A stretch of DNA of 64,000 bases, taken from NCBI GenBank assembly GCA_965261135.1, contig OZ253443.1:2416841-2480840 (forward strand), read 5' to 3'. The notes below the pieces were generated by a model that saw only the letters and a program-made list of their open reading frames with translations, was not told the origin of the DNA and ran no database searches. The number at the start of each line of letters is the position of its first letter. Positions within the stretch are counted from its first letter, which is position 1. Source of the DNA: Acidimicrobiia bacterium. Lineage in GTDB: Bacteria; Actinomycetota; Acidimicrobiia; Spongiisociales; ZC4RG35. The translations under genes and the position numbers were made by a program. Shown in pieces: positions 8,740 through 17,647 of this stretch.

Positions 8740-9345
8740 CTATTTAGCCTCGATCCCTTCCCAAACCATGGCAGTGAAGGTGTCCGCCACCTCCTCAGCC
8801 GACAGCTTCCCTCGAGACGAATACCACTGATACGCCCAGGCGCACATGCCAATGATCCCCAACCCCACCACCCCTGCCTCCAGATCGGCTCTGATCCGGC
8901 CGGTTTGCTGACCCCTTTTCACCACGTTGAAGAAGATGTCCTCCATCTGGTCGCGCTTTGTTTTGACCTCGACGAATCCCTCCTCGGTCAGAAACCTTCG
9001 CTCGCCGAGGAAAACCGCCACATGAGATCGGTAATGCTCCACCGCCTCCACCGCGGTCCCTATGAGGCCCCGGAGTTGTTCCCCGGGATCGTCTGTGGAG
9101 GCCAGCACCGCCTGCACCGCAGCCAACTGATGATCGATGTACTCGTCATGAATGACCCGAAGCAACTCTTCCTTGCTGACGAAGTGGTAATAGAAAGCCC
9201 CTTTGGTCAGACCGGCGTCATCAACAATCGACTGCACCGAGGTGGCCGCGAACCCGTTGCGTTCGAACAGCTTGCGAGCGCTGGACACCAACGCCTGACG
9301 GGTGGCGGTGGTCGAATACTTCCTCTTGCTCCCGGACACTGACAC
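8740..9345 (-). CDS. TetR/AcrR-family transcriptional regulator
   Basis: HTH segment TRQALVSSARKLFERNGFAATSVQSIVDDAGLTKGAFYYHF. Start placed at GTG 9343-9345 because the upstream acyl-CoA synthetase ends at 9356. GTG at 9339 or 9354 are alternatives. Confidence 0.6.
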   Translation of the reverse strand: MSVSGSKRKYSTTATRQALVSSARKLFERNGFAATSVQSIVDDAGLTKGAFYYHFVSKEELLRVIHDEYIDHQLAAVQAVLASTDDPGEQLRGLIGTAVEAVEHYRSHVAVFLGERRFLTEEGFVEVKTKRDQMEDIFFNVVKRGQQTGRIRADLEAGVVGLGIIGMCAWAYQWYSSRGKLSAEEVADTFTAMVWEGIEAK

Positions 9346-9355
9346 TTGCCGCACT

Positions 9356-10921
9356 CTACCCGGTCGAGACCGGGGCTTCCCCGGCCTGGGCCAACCTGCT
9401 CTTCTCTTCCCGTTCCTTGAGGACGGTTTTGAGCACCTTGCCGGTGGGGTTGCGGGGAAGCCCTTCCATAAACTCCACATAGCGCGGCATCTTGAAGCCT
9501 GCCAGATGCCCTCGACAGTGGGAGATCAACTGATCAGCGGTGAGTTCCATTCCCCTGTGCAACACTACAAACGCCTTGGGAGTCTCGACCCACTTGGGGT
9601 GCGGGACACCTACCACCGCCGCTTCATATACGGCCGGGTGCTGGTAGATGGCTTCTTCAATCTCAGAGCTGGCGATATTCTCGCCGCCACTTCGGATCAT
9701 GTCTTTCAAACGGTCGATCACATACAGATAGCCATCCTCGTCAAAGCGGCCTATATCACCGGAATGAAACCACCCATTGCGATGGGCGGCAGCCGTCGCC
9801 ACCGGATCCCGCCAGTAGCCGGGCCCCACGGTGGGACCGCGCATCACGATCTCTCCCAGCTCACCCACCGGCGCCGGGGCCCCGGACTCGTCCACCACTC
9901 GGATGTCCACCCGCGGCATGGGTCGTCCCACCGAACCGGTCTTGGAAAGCATGTGAGCCTCATCCAGATAGGACACCCCGTTGCAAGTCTCGGTCATCCC
10001 GTAGCCTTCGATCAGACGGGCTTTGGGAAATACCTCGCGGGTCTCGTGGTAAAGAGACTCCGGCACTTGGCTGAAGATCAGCCACTTGACAGAGTCGGTG
10101 TCGTAATCCTTGCGATCCTCCAGTTTCCTGATCAGATGCACCATGGTGGCCACCATCACCATCCCGGTGATCCGCTCCCTGGTGACCACCTCCAAGATCC
10201 GCCGCGCGTCGAACCGCCGCAGAAGGATCATGGTGGCCCCCACATACCAGGTCCCAAAGCCGGGGATGTCCAGCCCGCCCACGTGATAGAGAGGCGCGAA
10301 GTTGAGGATCCGGTCATCACGGGTGAGCCCCAACTCCACCACTTGGGCGTCCATGTTGGCGTTGGAGTTACCGTGGGTGATCATGGCCCCCTTGGGACGG
10401 CTGGTGGTGCCCGAGGTGTACAGGATCCGCTGGAGATCGTCGTCGCTTCTGTGCACGGTTTTCACCCGCTCCCCGGCATGGGCCTCCAGAAGCTGGTGAT
10501 AACCTACCCAGCCTTCGGGGACCGTGGGAGAGAGTGAAAGCAGGTGTTGAACTTCCGACAGACCTGCGCAGATAGAGGAAACCACCTCGAAAAACTCATC
10601 TTCGGTTGCTACAACCACCGCTCCCGAGTGCCCGAGCAGATAGTCGAGTTCCCTTTGGTGAAGACCGGTGTTGAGAGGAAGGAACACCCCTCCGATCTTG
10701 GCCACCGCCAGGGTGGTGTTCAGATAAGAGGGAGAGTTGCGGGCCACCAACGCCAGCATGTCACCCTCCCCCAAGCCAATCGAGAGCAACCCGGCGGCTA
10801 CCGCGTTCACTTCATCGTCGAGCTCCGCATAGGTCCACTCCTGGTCTTCATAGATCAGAGCGGTCCTGGTCTCGTGGCGATACCGATTCCAGTCCAGAAT
10901 CTGGGCCAGGTTGGCAGTCAT
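9356..10921 (-). CDS. AMP-dependent acyl-CoA synthetase/ligase
   Basis: AMP-binding signature YTSGTTSRPKGAMITHGN and C-terminal GK...L motif region. 521 aa. Confidence 0.8.
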   Translation of the reverse strand: MTANLAQILDWNRYRHETRTALIYEDQEWTYAELDDEVNAVAAGLLSIGLGEGDMLALVARNSPSYLNTTLAVAKIGGVFLPLNTGLHQRELDYLLGHSGAVVVATEDEFFEVVSSICAGLSEVQHLLSLSPTVPEGWVGYHQLLEAHAGERVKTVHRSDDDLQRILYTSGTTSRPKGAMITHGNSNANMDAQVVELGLTRDDRILNFAPLYHVGGLDIPGFGTWYVGATMILLRRFDARRILEVVTRERITGMVMVATMVHLIRKLEDRKDYDTDSVKWLIFSQVPESLYHETREVFPKARLIEGYGMTETCNGVSYLDEAHMLSKTGSVGRPMPRVDIRVVDESGAPAPVGELGEIVMRGPTVGPGYWRDPVATAAAHRNGWFHSGDIGRFDEDGYLYVIDRLKDMIRSGGENIASSEIEEAIYQHPAVYEAAVVGVPHPKWVETPKAFVVLHRGMELTADQLISHCRGHLAGFKMPRYVEFMEGLPRNPTGKVLKTVLKEREEKSRLAQAGEAPVSTG

Positions 10922-10934
10922 GCTTCCGCCACCA

Positions 10935-12110
10935 TCAGTATGCAGCCTCCAATAAAGCGGTGACTTCGGAGAGCGAGTTTACCGGTCTGGGGTTGTTGTT
11001 CACCACCATGTCCTCCATGGCGGATCTGGCCACCAACCTCAAATCCGAGCGGTCGACACCCAGTTCTCGGATCCTGGTTGGCAACCCCAAGCCGGCTATG
11101 AATTCTTCCAGCAACGAAGCGGCGAATTCAGCTCTGGCGTTTTCATCGCCCTGGGCGCCCAGTATCTCCCCTATCCGGGCTTGGGGCGCCACCGCGTGGT
11201 CCAGATTGAATCGCATCACTTGCGGAAGCAGCACGCAGGAGGTCATGCCATGCGGAACGTTGCACCAGGCGCCGAGTTGGTGACCGAGGCCGTGGCTCAA
11301 CCCCGACATCACGTTGACAATTCCGAAGAAGGACTCCCAAGCTCCCACCTGACACTGGGCGCGGGCTTCGGTGTTTCCGGGGTCAGTCACGGAGATCGGC
11401 AGGTTGTGGACCAGCCGTCGCAATCCGTCCAGACACAGGGCATCGGTGACCGGCTGCGCCGAAATGGAATAGAGAGACTCCACACAGTGGTCGACCGCCC
11501 GAATCCCGGTGGAAGCCCACAGCCACTGGGGGGTGCTCACCGTCAACTCCGGATCAAGCACGATCACCTTGGGAGTTACCGGCCGCTGCAGATAGATACG
11601 TTTGATGCGTTCGTGGGTGATACCGAACCCGTGGGTGAACTCTCCTGCGGACAACGTGGTCGGCAGGGTGACTATGGGCGGCGGCGTACCGCTCATTTCC
11701 GGCAGACGGACAGTCTTGGGATACCGGAACTCAATCCTCATCCCCTCCAACCCCTGGGAATCCGTGATGTCTTCGGCCAGGCACATGGCCACAGCTTTGG
11801 CCAAATCGGCAATGCTGCTGCCGCCCAGAGCCAGGAGCCCGTCGACCTCCAGTCGGCGAGCCATCCGGGTGGCCTCCAGAACATTGCGCAGGGGAACATG
11901 CTGGCTGCTGCGGCTGTAGGTTCCCACCCACCGGGGACCCGCCAACTCCATGACCTGCTCGGCCAGGGGAGTCTTCTCGGACACGCTGGGGGTGGTCAAC
12001 AGCAACCATCGGCTACCGAGTCGATCCAACTCGTCGCTCAGCGACCGGACGCTCCCGGCTCCGAAAATCACCCGGTCTATGGGGAGAATGTCGTAGGTGC
12101 GGGGATCCAT
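10935..12110 (-). CDS. iron-containing alcohol dehydrogenase family (maleylacetate-reductase-like)
   Basis: 391 aa. Fe-ADH fold markers (GGSSIADLAKAVA, histidine cluster region). In an operon with an LLM and an acyl-CoA ligase. Confidence 0.6.
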   Translation of the reverse strand: MDPRTYDILPIDRVIFGAGSVRSLSDELDRLGSRWLLLTTPSVSEKTPLAEQVMELAGPRWVGTYSRSSQHVPLRNVLEATRMARRLEVDGLLALGGSSIADLAKAVAMCLAEDITDSQGLEGMRIEFRYPKTVRLPEMSGTPPPIVTLPTTLSAGEFTHGFGITHERIKRIYLQRPVTPKVIVLDPELTVSTPQWLWASTGIRAVDHCVESLYSISAQPVTDALCLDGLRRLVHNLPISVTDPGNTEARAQCQVGAWESFFGIVNVMSGLSHGLGHQLGAWCNVPHGMTSCVLLPQVMRFNLDHAVAPQARIGEILGAQGDENARAEFAASLLEEFIAGLGLPTRIRELGVDRSDLRLVARSAMEDMVVNNNPRPVNSLSEVTALLEAAY

Positions 12111-12126
12111 GGCGGGTTGGCCCGTC

Positions 12127-13110
12127 CTAAACCCCGGCCAAGGCGGGCACCACTTCTGCGCCCAACAGCCGAATGCTCCGCTCCGCTATCGACGGATCCA
12201 TTCCCATCCAATCCACGCGGCACATGATCTCGGTCACCCCTGCCTCCTCCCCATAGGCGTGGCAACGGGCGATCACCTGATCCGGGTCGCCAATCGCCGC
12301 GTGCTCCGCCAGAGCGTTCTTGGCCGTTAACTGCTCGGCTGAATCCCAGGATCGATAACCCCTGTATTGACGGGCCAGATGAGGCCAGACTGCCTCGATA
12401 GCCGCCTCGCTGCTCTCGGCCACCGCCACTTCCCTGGCCAACGGGTAGGCGCGGTGCTCGGAACGGCCCCACCGACGGAGCGCCGCCCGAAAGATCTCGA
12501 AACGCTCCGCCACCACAGAAACGCTTCCATCGGGAGTGCCGAACCAGGATGCGTCCAGCCGGGCCGCTCGCTCGATACCTTTGGGCCCGAAGGCGCCCAT
12601 CCAGACTTGCGGTCCGCCGACTTGGACGGGTCTCAGATGCACTTTTGCCCGGTCGGTCTTTCCCCAATCCTCGTCGTATGCGACGGTCTCTCCCTTCCAC
12701 AGCGCCCGCATCAGTTCCAGATATTTCTCAATGCGCTGATTTCGGTGAGCCCAGGGAATTCCCAACGCCTCGTACTCCACTCGCCGGTACCCCACTCCGA
12801 ATCCAGCCGTCAACCGGCCTCCGCACAGCACATCCAGGGTGGCCAACTCCTCGGCCAGCGCCAGTGGATGGTGCAGCGTCGCCAGATAAATGCCCAACCC
12901 GATCCGGATGCGGTCGGTGACCGCCGCTAGGTAGGAGGCGGTGGACAGCGGCTGCAAAAACTGGGAGGAGGAGAGATAATGGTGTCCCAAAAAGACCGTC
13001 TCAAATCCCAAAGACTCGGCGAGTTGGGCTTGATGGGTGATGACCCGTAAGCGTTCGGCTGGTGATTCACCGAGGTCAGCCTGGGCGGAGAGGAAAAGGC
13101 TGAGACGCAC
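12127..13110 (-). CDS. LLM-class (luciferase-like) flavin/F420-dependent oxidoreductase
   Basis: TIM-barrel LLM signature. Paralogous to six other ORFs in the window. Confidence 0.7.
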   Translation of the reverse strand: MRLSLFLSAQADLGESPAERLRVITHQAQLAESLGFETVFLGHHYLSSSQFLQPLSTASYLAAVTDRIRIGLGIYLATLHHPLALAEELATLDVLCGGRLTAGFGVGYRRVEYEALGIPWAHRNQRIEKYLELMRALWKGETVAYDEDWGKTDRAKVHLRPVQVGGPQVWMGAFGPKGIERAARLDASWFGTPDGSVSVVAERFEIFRAALRRWGRSEHRAYPLAREVAVAESSEAAIEAVWPHLARQYRGYRSWDSAEQLTAKNALAEHAAIGDPDQVIARCHAYGEEAGVTEIMCRVDWMGMDPSIAERSIRLLGAEVVPALAGV

Positions 13111-13264
13111 CGGATCAGCCGGAAGGGAGGAGATTACCGGCCATTGGTTTTACAGTGGTCTCCCGAAACTTCAATAATGTCGAAATCCACCGGGGCCGGG
13201 CGCTGGGTGCTCGTTTTCATACCAAACGGTTTAAACTCTATACCCGCTCGGAGCACTCCCGAAT

Positions 13265-14002
13265 TCAGCCGGCGCCCAGAAGTTTTGTGGCCTCATCAGA
13301 GCGGACCGTCGCCAGTCCCGCCTTGGCCACCAGATCCTCGACTTCTCCAGGCGAAGATGTGGACGCCTCGGAGGCCAATCGCTTGGTGGACCTCACAACA
13401 GAAGGTGAAAGCCTCTCCAACCTCCCCACGAATCGTTCCCTGTCCTCGGCATCGGCCACCATAGCCACCATCCCCATAGCCAGTGCCTGCTCGGCGCGGA
13501 AGGGGGTCGCGGTCAGCACCGACAAGAGGGTGGCCCGCACTCCCAACGACTCAACCAGTGCTGGTAGGACCACCGCCGGAACCAAACCGAGTTCCGCTTC
13601 GGGAAAGTAAAACCGGGCGTTCGGGTCGGCCACCGCCAAGTCGACCGCCACGGCCAAAGCCGCCCCGAACCCGACCGCGCTTCCCTGCACCAGCGCCACG
13701 GTGAACTGAGGTATTTCCCCCAGTCGGCGCAGCAGGCGACAGTTTTGCACCATGTAGGAAGCCACTTCGTCGTCATCGGAGGCGGTTAGTCGGTCGAATT
13801 CGGATAAATCCCAGCCGGCGCAAAAATGGTCCCCCGCTCCTTCCAGAACGACAACCGCCAGATCATCCCGGTCGGCTATTTCTTCCAAAGCGGAGAAGAG
13901 GGCCCGGCCGGTTTCCTCATCCAGGGCGTTGCGGCGATGAGGGCGATTGAGAAGAATGCGGACCAGCGATCCCAAGTAGGTTATTTTCAGTGGAGCGGTC
14001 AT
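13265..14002 (-). CDS. enoyl-CoA hydratase/isomerase (crotonase fold)
   Basis: RNALDEETGRALFSALEE and oxyanion-hole segment GAGDHFCAGWDLSEF. Confidence 0.7.
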   Translation of the reverse strand: MTAPLKITYLGSLVRILLNRPHRRNALDEETGRALFSALEEIADRDDLAVVVLEGAGDHFCAGWDLSEFDRLTASDDDEVASYMVQNCRLLRRLGEIPQFTVALVQGSAVGFGAALAVAVDLAVADPNARFYFPEAELGLVPAVVLPALVESLGVRATLLSVLTATPFRAEQALAMGMVAMVADAEDRERFVGRLERLSPSVVRSTKRLASEASTSSPGEVEDLVAKAGLATVRSDEATKLLGAG

Positions 14003-14047
14003 GTGGTTCCAGCCCGTTTGGTGACAGGTAGCCTCCTTCGAGAGTTG

Positions 14048-14881
14048 ATGCCAAACGAATATACGGACTTCTCCCCGACCGGAGAAACGGTGAACTCCCC
14101 TTTGCAGATCGAGCAGCGCTCGGCTTCGCGCTGGCTGCGGATGAATCGGCCGGGATCCGCCAATGCCCTATCTCCCGACCTGGTTTCGGCCATCGACCTG
14201 GCCCTCACCCAAGCCCAGTCCAGCCCCGACACCAGAGCCGTGGTAGTCACCGGCGTCGGCCCTGTCTTCTGCGGAGGAGCGGACGTGACAGTTGCCGGGG
14301 CCATGCTGGACAGCAAGCAACCCGAACACCTGGCCGCCTACATGGAAGAGGCCAACAACCTCTTGGACCGGATCGAGGACTTTCCCCTGCCGGTGATCGC
14401 GGCGGTGAACGGTGCGGCCTTCGCAGGAGGTCTCGAGTTGGTGCTGGCCTGCGACCTGGCAGTGGCCGCCTCCACTGCGCCCATTGGAGATGCCCACGTT
14501 CGCCACGGCTTCGTTCCAGCCTGGGGAGCGAGCTGGAGACTTCCGGCAGCCCTGGGCCCCGCCCGTGCCGGGCGGTTGATGTTGACCGGAACCGCCCTCA
14601 CCGCCGCCGACCTTCCGGAGATGTTCGCCGCAGTGGTTCCCCCTCACGATCTGGAGAGAGAAGTGATGGCGCTGATCGGAGAAATCGTTTTGTCCAGCCC
14701 GACGGCTATCACCGAAATCAAAAGGCTCTTGGTCTCCGACCGCTCCGCACGGGCCGCCTCTCGGCGCAGGGAATGGAATGCTCTGGAGCGCCAACTGGGA
14801 ACTTCGGATCTGGCCGAGGGATTCGCCGCCTTCCGAACCGGCCGCCGACCCGTTTTCAGCCGCGCTTCCGACCTTCTCTAA
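14048..14881 (+). CDS. enoyl-CoA hydratase/isomerase (crotonase fold)
   Basis: LRMNRPGSANALSPDLVSAIDLAL and VTGVGPVFCGGADV. Start trimmed to the ATG at 14048 (MPNEYTD) to avoid overlap with the convergent gene. Confidence 0.65.
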   Translation: MPNEYTDFSPTGETVNSPLQIEQRSASRWLRMNRPGSANALSPDLVSAIDLALTQAQSSPDTRAVVVTGVGPVFCGGADVTVAGAMLDSKQPEHLAAYMEEANNLLDRIEDFPLPVIAAVNGAAFAGGLELVLACDLAVAASTAPIGDAHVRHGFVPAWGASWRLPAALGPARAGRLMLTGTALTAADLPEMFAAVVPPHDLEREVMALIGEIVLSSPTAITEIKRLLVSDRSARAASRRREWNALERQLGTSDLAEGFAAFRTGRRPVFSRASDLL

Positions 14882-14892
14882 CCTCCGCGCCC

Positions 14893-15873
14893 ATGAAATT
14901 CGGGATCCTGCTTAATCATCAGTTTTCGCGAGAGGATTTGCTGGCAACCCGGCTGGAGGAGGCCGTGGAACAGGTTACCGCCGCCGCTGAACTGGGACTC
15001 GACTCGATATTCGGGATACATCACTACCTTGCTCGTTTGCAGACCCCCCAGCCCCTGACGCTCTTGGCGCGCCTCATCCCGGTCTCCGGAGACATGGAGT
15101 TGGGAACGGGGGTTTACATCAGCACCATGGCCCATCCCGTTCACATCGCCGAGGAGGTGGCCACTCTCGACCAACTGTCAGGTGGCCGGGTGATACTGGG
15201 AGTGGGCGCCGGATATCGACGCGACGAATTCCACAGCTTTGGTGTGAACTCCAAGACCAAGGGTAAGCGGTTCGTGGAGTCTCTGGAGGTGCTCAGGGCA
15301 CTCTGGTCGGGCAAGCCCGTGACCTACGAGGGAGAGTTCTATCGGCTGGAAGACCAGACCATCAGCATTCCTCCCGCCCAACCCGGCGGTCCTCCCCTGT
15401 GGATAGGCGCCAACGCTCCTGGCACCATCCTGCGCGCAGCTCGGATCGGCGACGCCTGGCTTCCCTCCCCCAATGTGAAACCGCGCTGGGCGATCGGCAA
15501 TCTGGAATCCTTCCGCCAGGAGGCAGAGGCTCATGGTCGGCTCGATCAGATCAGGCGATACCCGATTCTGAGGGAGATGTACGTCTCCACCGACCGCGCC
15601 CAAGCCGAGAAGGAGGCAGGGCGCTACATCAGGGATGAATACCTCCATTATTCCGGCTACCGCCTCGAATTCTTCGACACCATGTTCGACGACCTGCGGC
15701 AAAAGGCCTTTCTGTGGGGTTCGCCCGATGACATTGCAGCCGGGATAGACAACCTGGCCCAAGCCGGGTTCGATCACTTCATGTTCCGGATGTCCTGGCT
15801 GGGAATGCCGTTCTCGCTCACCATGAGAAGCCTCGAACTCTTGGCCCGAGAGGTCATCCCCCGCTTTCGGTAG
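14893..15873 (+). CDS. LLM-class oxidoreductase (copy 1 of tandem duplicate)
   Basis: Begins MKFGILLNHQF. ~80% identical to the ORF at 16069-17046. Start at the ATG 14893. Confidence 0.7.
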   Translation: MKFGILLNHQFSREDLLATRLEEAVEQVTAAAELGLDSIFGIHHYLARLQTPQPLTLLARLIPVSGDMELGTGVYISTMAHPVHIAEEVATLDQLSGGRVILGVGAGYRRDEFHSFGVNSKTKGKRFVESLEVLRALWSGKPVTYEGEFYRLEDQTISIPPAQPGGPPLWIGANAPGTILRAARIGDAWLPSPNVKPRWAIGNLESFRQEAEAHGRLDQIRRYPILREMYVSTDRAQAEKEAGRYIRDEYLHYSGYRLEFFDTMFDDLRQKAFLWGSPDDIAAGIDNLAQAGFDHFMFRMSWLGMPFSLTMRSLELLAREVIPRFR

Positions 15874-15879
15874 GGTCGC

Positions 15880-16057
15880 CATGCCTTTGGGACCGGTCCA
15901 TCCGGTCTCGATTCCAGTAACCGATCTGGACCGATCCAAAGCCTTCTTAAGGAATGACCTGGGGTCAAATGGGACCTTGACGATCTGGCCGAGGGGATAG
16001 CCACCTTTGGATCTGGCCGGCCGACCCGGTTTCAGCCGCGCTTGCGACCTTCTCTAA
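15880..16057 (+). pseudogene. junction stubs of the duplication: truncated VOC 5' fragment and crotonase 3'-tail copy
   Basis: 15887 onward reads MPLGPVHPVSIPVTDLDRSKAF..., a degenerate, prematurely terminated copy of the VOC N-terminus at 17054. 15960-16057 is a degraded copy of the crotonase C-terminal coding tail. Confidence 0.5.
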
Positions 16058-16068
16058 TGTCGGTGCCC

Positions 16069-17046
16069 ATGAAGTTCGGGATCCTTCTCAGCAATCAATA
16101 TCCGCGGACCGATTCGCTGGCCACTCGTTTGCAAGAGACCGTGGAATTCGTTACCGCCGCTGCGGAACTGGGTTTCGACTCGGTGTTCGGCGTACATCAC
16201 TACCTGGGCCGCTTGCAGATCCCCCAGCCTTTGACGTTGCTGGCGCGCCTCATCCCGGCTTCGGGAGACATGAAGTTGGGAACCGGAATCTTCATCAGCA
16301 CCTTGGCCCATCCCGTTCACATCGCCGAAGAGGTGGCTACCCTCGACCAACTCTCGGGAGGCCGGGTCATTCTGGGAGTTGGCGCCGGATATCGCAACCA
16401 TGAGTTCCAAAGCTTCGGAGTGGACTCCAAGACTGTCGGCAGGCGGTTCGTCGAATCCCTGGAGGTGCTGCGGGCGTTGTGGTCGGGAAACCCCGTGTCC
16501 CACCAGGGAGAGTTCTTTCAACTCGTGGACCAGACCATCAGCGTTCCCCCTGCACAACCCGGCGGGCCTCCCCTCTGGGTAGGCGCCGGCGTTCCGGCAA
16601 CCATTCTTCGCGCGGCGCGGATCGGTGACGCCTGGCTTCCCTCACCCCACGCAAAGCCGCGCTGGGTCATCGGAAATCTGGAGAACTTCCGCCAAGAAGC
16701 GGCGGCTCATGGACGTCTGGAGCGGATCCAAAGCTATCCGATTATCAGGGAAACCTACGTCTCGACCAACCGCGCCCAGGCCGAAAGAGAGGCGGGGCGC
16801 TTTATCAGGGACGAGTACGTCGACTACTCCCGTTATCTCGAATTCTTCGGCGCCATGTTCGAGGACCTGCGTCAGAAGGCATTTCTGTGGGGATCGCCCG
16901 ACGACATAGCAGCAGGGATAGACAATCTTGCCGCGGCCGGTTTCGATCACTTCATCTTCCGCATGTCTTGGCTGGGGATGCCCTTCTCTCTAACCATGAG
17001 CAGCCTCGAGATGATGGCCAGAGAAGTCATTCCCAGATACCGGTAG
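16069..17046 (+). CDS. LLM-class oxidoreductase (copy 2 of tandem duplicate)
   Basis: MKFGILLSNQYPRTD... Paralog of 14893-15873. Confidence 0.7.
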   Translation: MKFGILLSNQYPRTDSLATRLQETVEFVTAAAELGFDSVFGVHHYLGRLQIPQPLTLLARLIPASGDMKLGTGIFISTLAHPVHIAEEVATLDQLSGGRVILGVGAGYRNHEFQSFGVDSKTVGRRFVESLEVLRALWSGNPVSHQGEFFQLVDQTISVPPAQPGGPPLWVGAGVPATILRAARIGDAWLPSPHAKPRWVIGNLENFRQEAAAHGRLERIQSYPIIRETYVSTNRAQAEREAGRFIRDEYVDYSRYLEFFGAMFEDLRQKAFLWGSPDDIAAGIDNLAAAGFDHFIFRMSWLGMPFSLTMSSLEMMAREVIPRYR

Positions 17047-17053
17047 GGTTGCC

Positions 17054-17581
17054 ATGCCTTTGGGACCGGTTCATCATGTCTCTCTTTCCGTTACAGACAT
17101 GGACCGTTCCATCGCCTTCTACCGGGATATCCTCGGGTTCCGGCTCACCCTGGTAGCGACGGTTAGCGATCCCGAACATGATCTCTATATTCGTCTTCCC
17201 CAGGGGACTTCCGCACAGGTGGCGATCCTGCAGGCGGGGTCGGTGACCATCGGTGAGGTGGAACTCATTCAGTGGTCTTTTCCCTCCTCATCGCCCCCTC
17301 CGGCCAACCCTCCCAAGCGGCCCGGTGACCCCGGACCGTTTCTTATGGCTTTCGAGGTGACCGGCGAAGAACTGGAGGAAATCTGCAAGCGGTTGACCAG
17401 AAAAGGGGTGGAGTTCTGGTCGGAGCCGATCACCTCGCACATCGACGGCTACGGAGACATCAGGGCGGTGGTGTGCGAAGACCCCGACGGCACCATGATC
17501 GAACTGCTGACGCTTCCCACCCGTCAGGAAATACTGAATACCCGCGCCGCTTACATGGAGCGACGGAAACAACAGCCTTAA
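17054..17581 (+). CDS. VOC-family (glyoxalase/bleomycin-resistance/extradiol-dioxygenase fold) protein
   Basis: MPLGPVHHVSLSVTDMDRSIAFYRDILGF and a second beta-alpha-beta-beta-beta module. 175 aa. Confidence 0.65.
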   Translation: MPLGPVHHVSLSVTDMDRSIAFYRDILGFRLTLVATVSDPEHDLYIRLPQGTSAQVAILQAGSVTIGEVELIQWSFPSSSPPPANPPKRPGDPGPFLMAFEVTGEELEEICKRLTRKGVEFWSEPITSHIDGYGDIRAVVCEDPDGTMIELLTLPTRQEILNTRAAYMERRKQQP

Positions 17582-17584
17582 GAG

Positions 17585-17632
17585 GAAGCGAGTCCCCTCG
17601 GAAAGGGGACTCGCTTCTCGTTTTTCTCTTTC
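17585..17632 (+). terminator. intrinsic terminator hairpin (13-bp perfect stem) between convergent genes
   Basis: gaagcgagtcccc-tcggaaa-ggggactcgcttc followed by tcgtttttctctttc. A-rich tract on the other side may allow bidirectional function. Confidence 0.6.
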
Positions 17633-17647
17633 GAGTTGGCTGGGGGT

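Larger units (their letters stand above)
14800..17140 (+). repeat. tandem segmental duplication (~1.17 kb unit x2): crotonase 3' tail - LLM gene - VOC gene 5' end
   Basis: 14800-15970 and 15970-17140 align at DNA level, including the intergenic leader (...ccgacccgttttcagccgcgcttccgaccttctctaa...) and the post-LLM segment (tagggtcgccatgcctttgggaccggt...). Confidence 0.6.
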
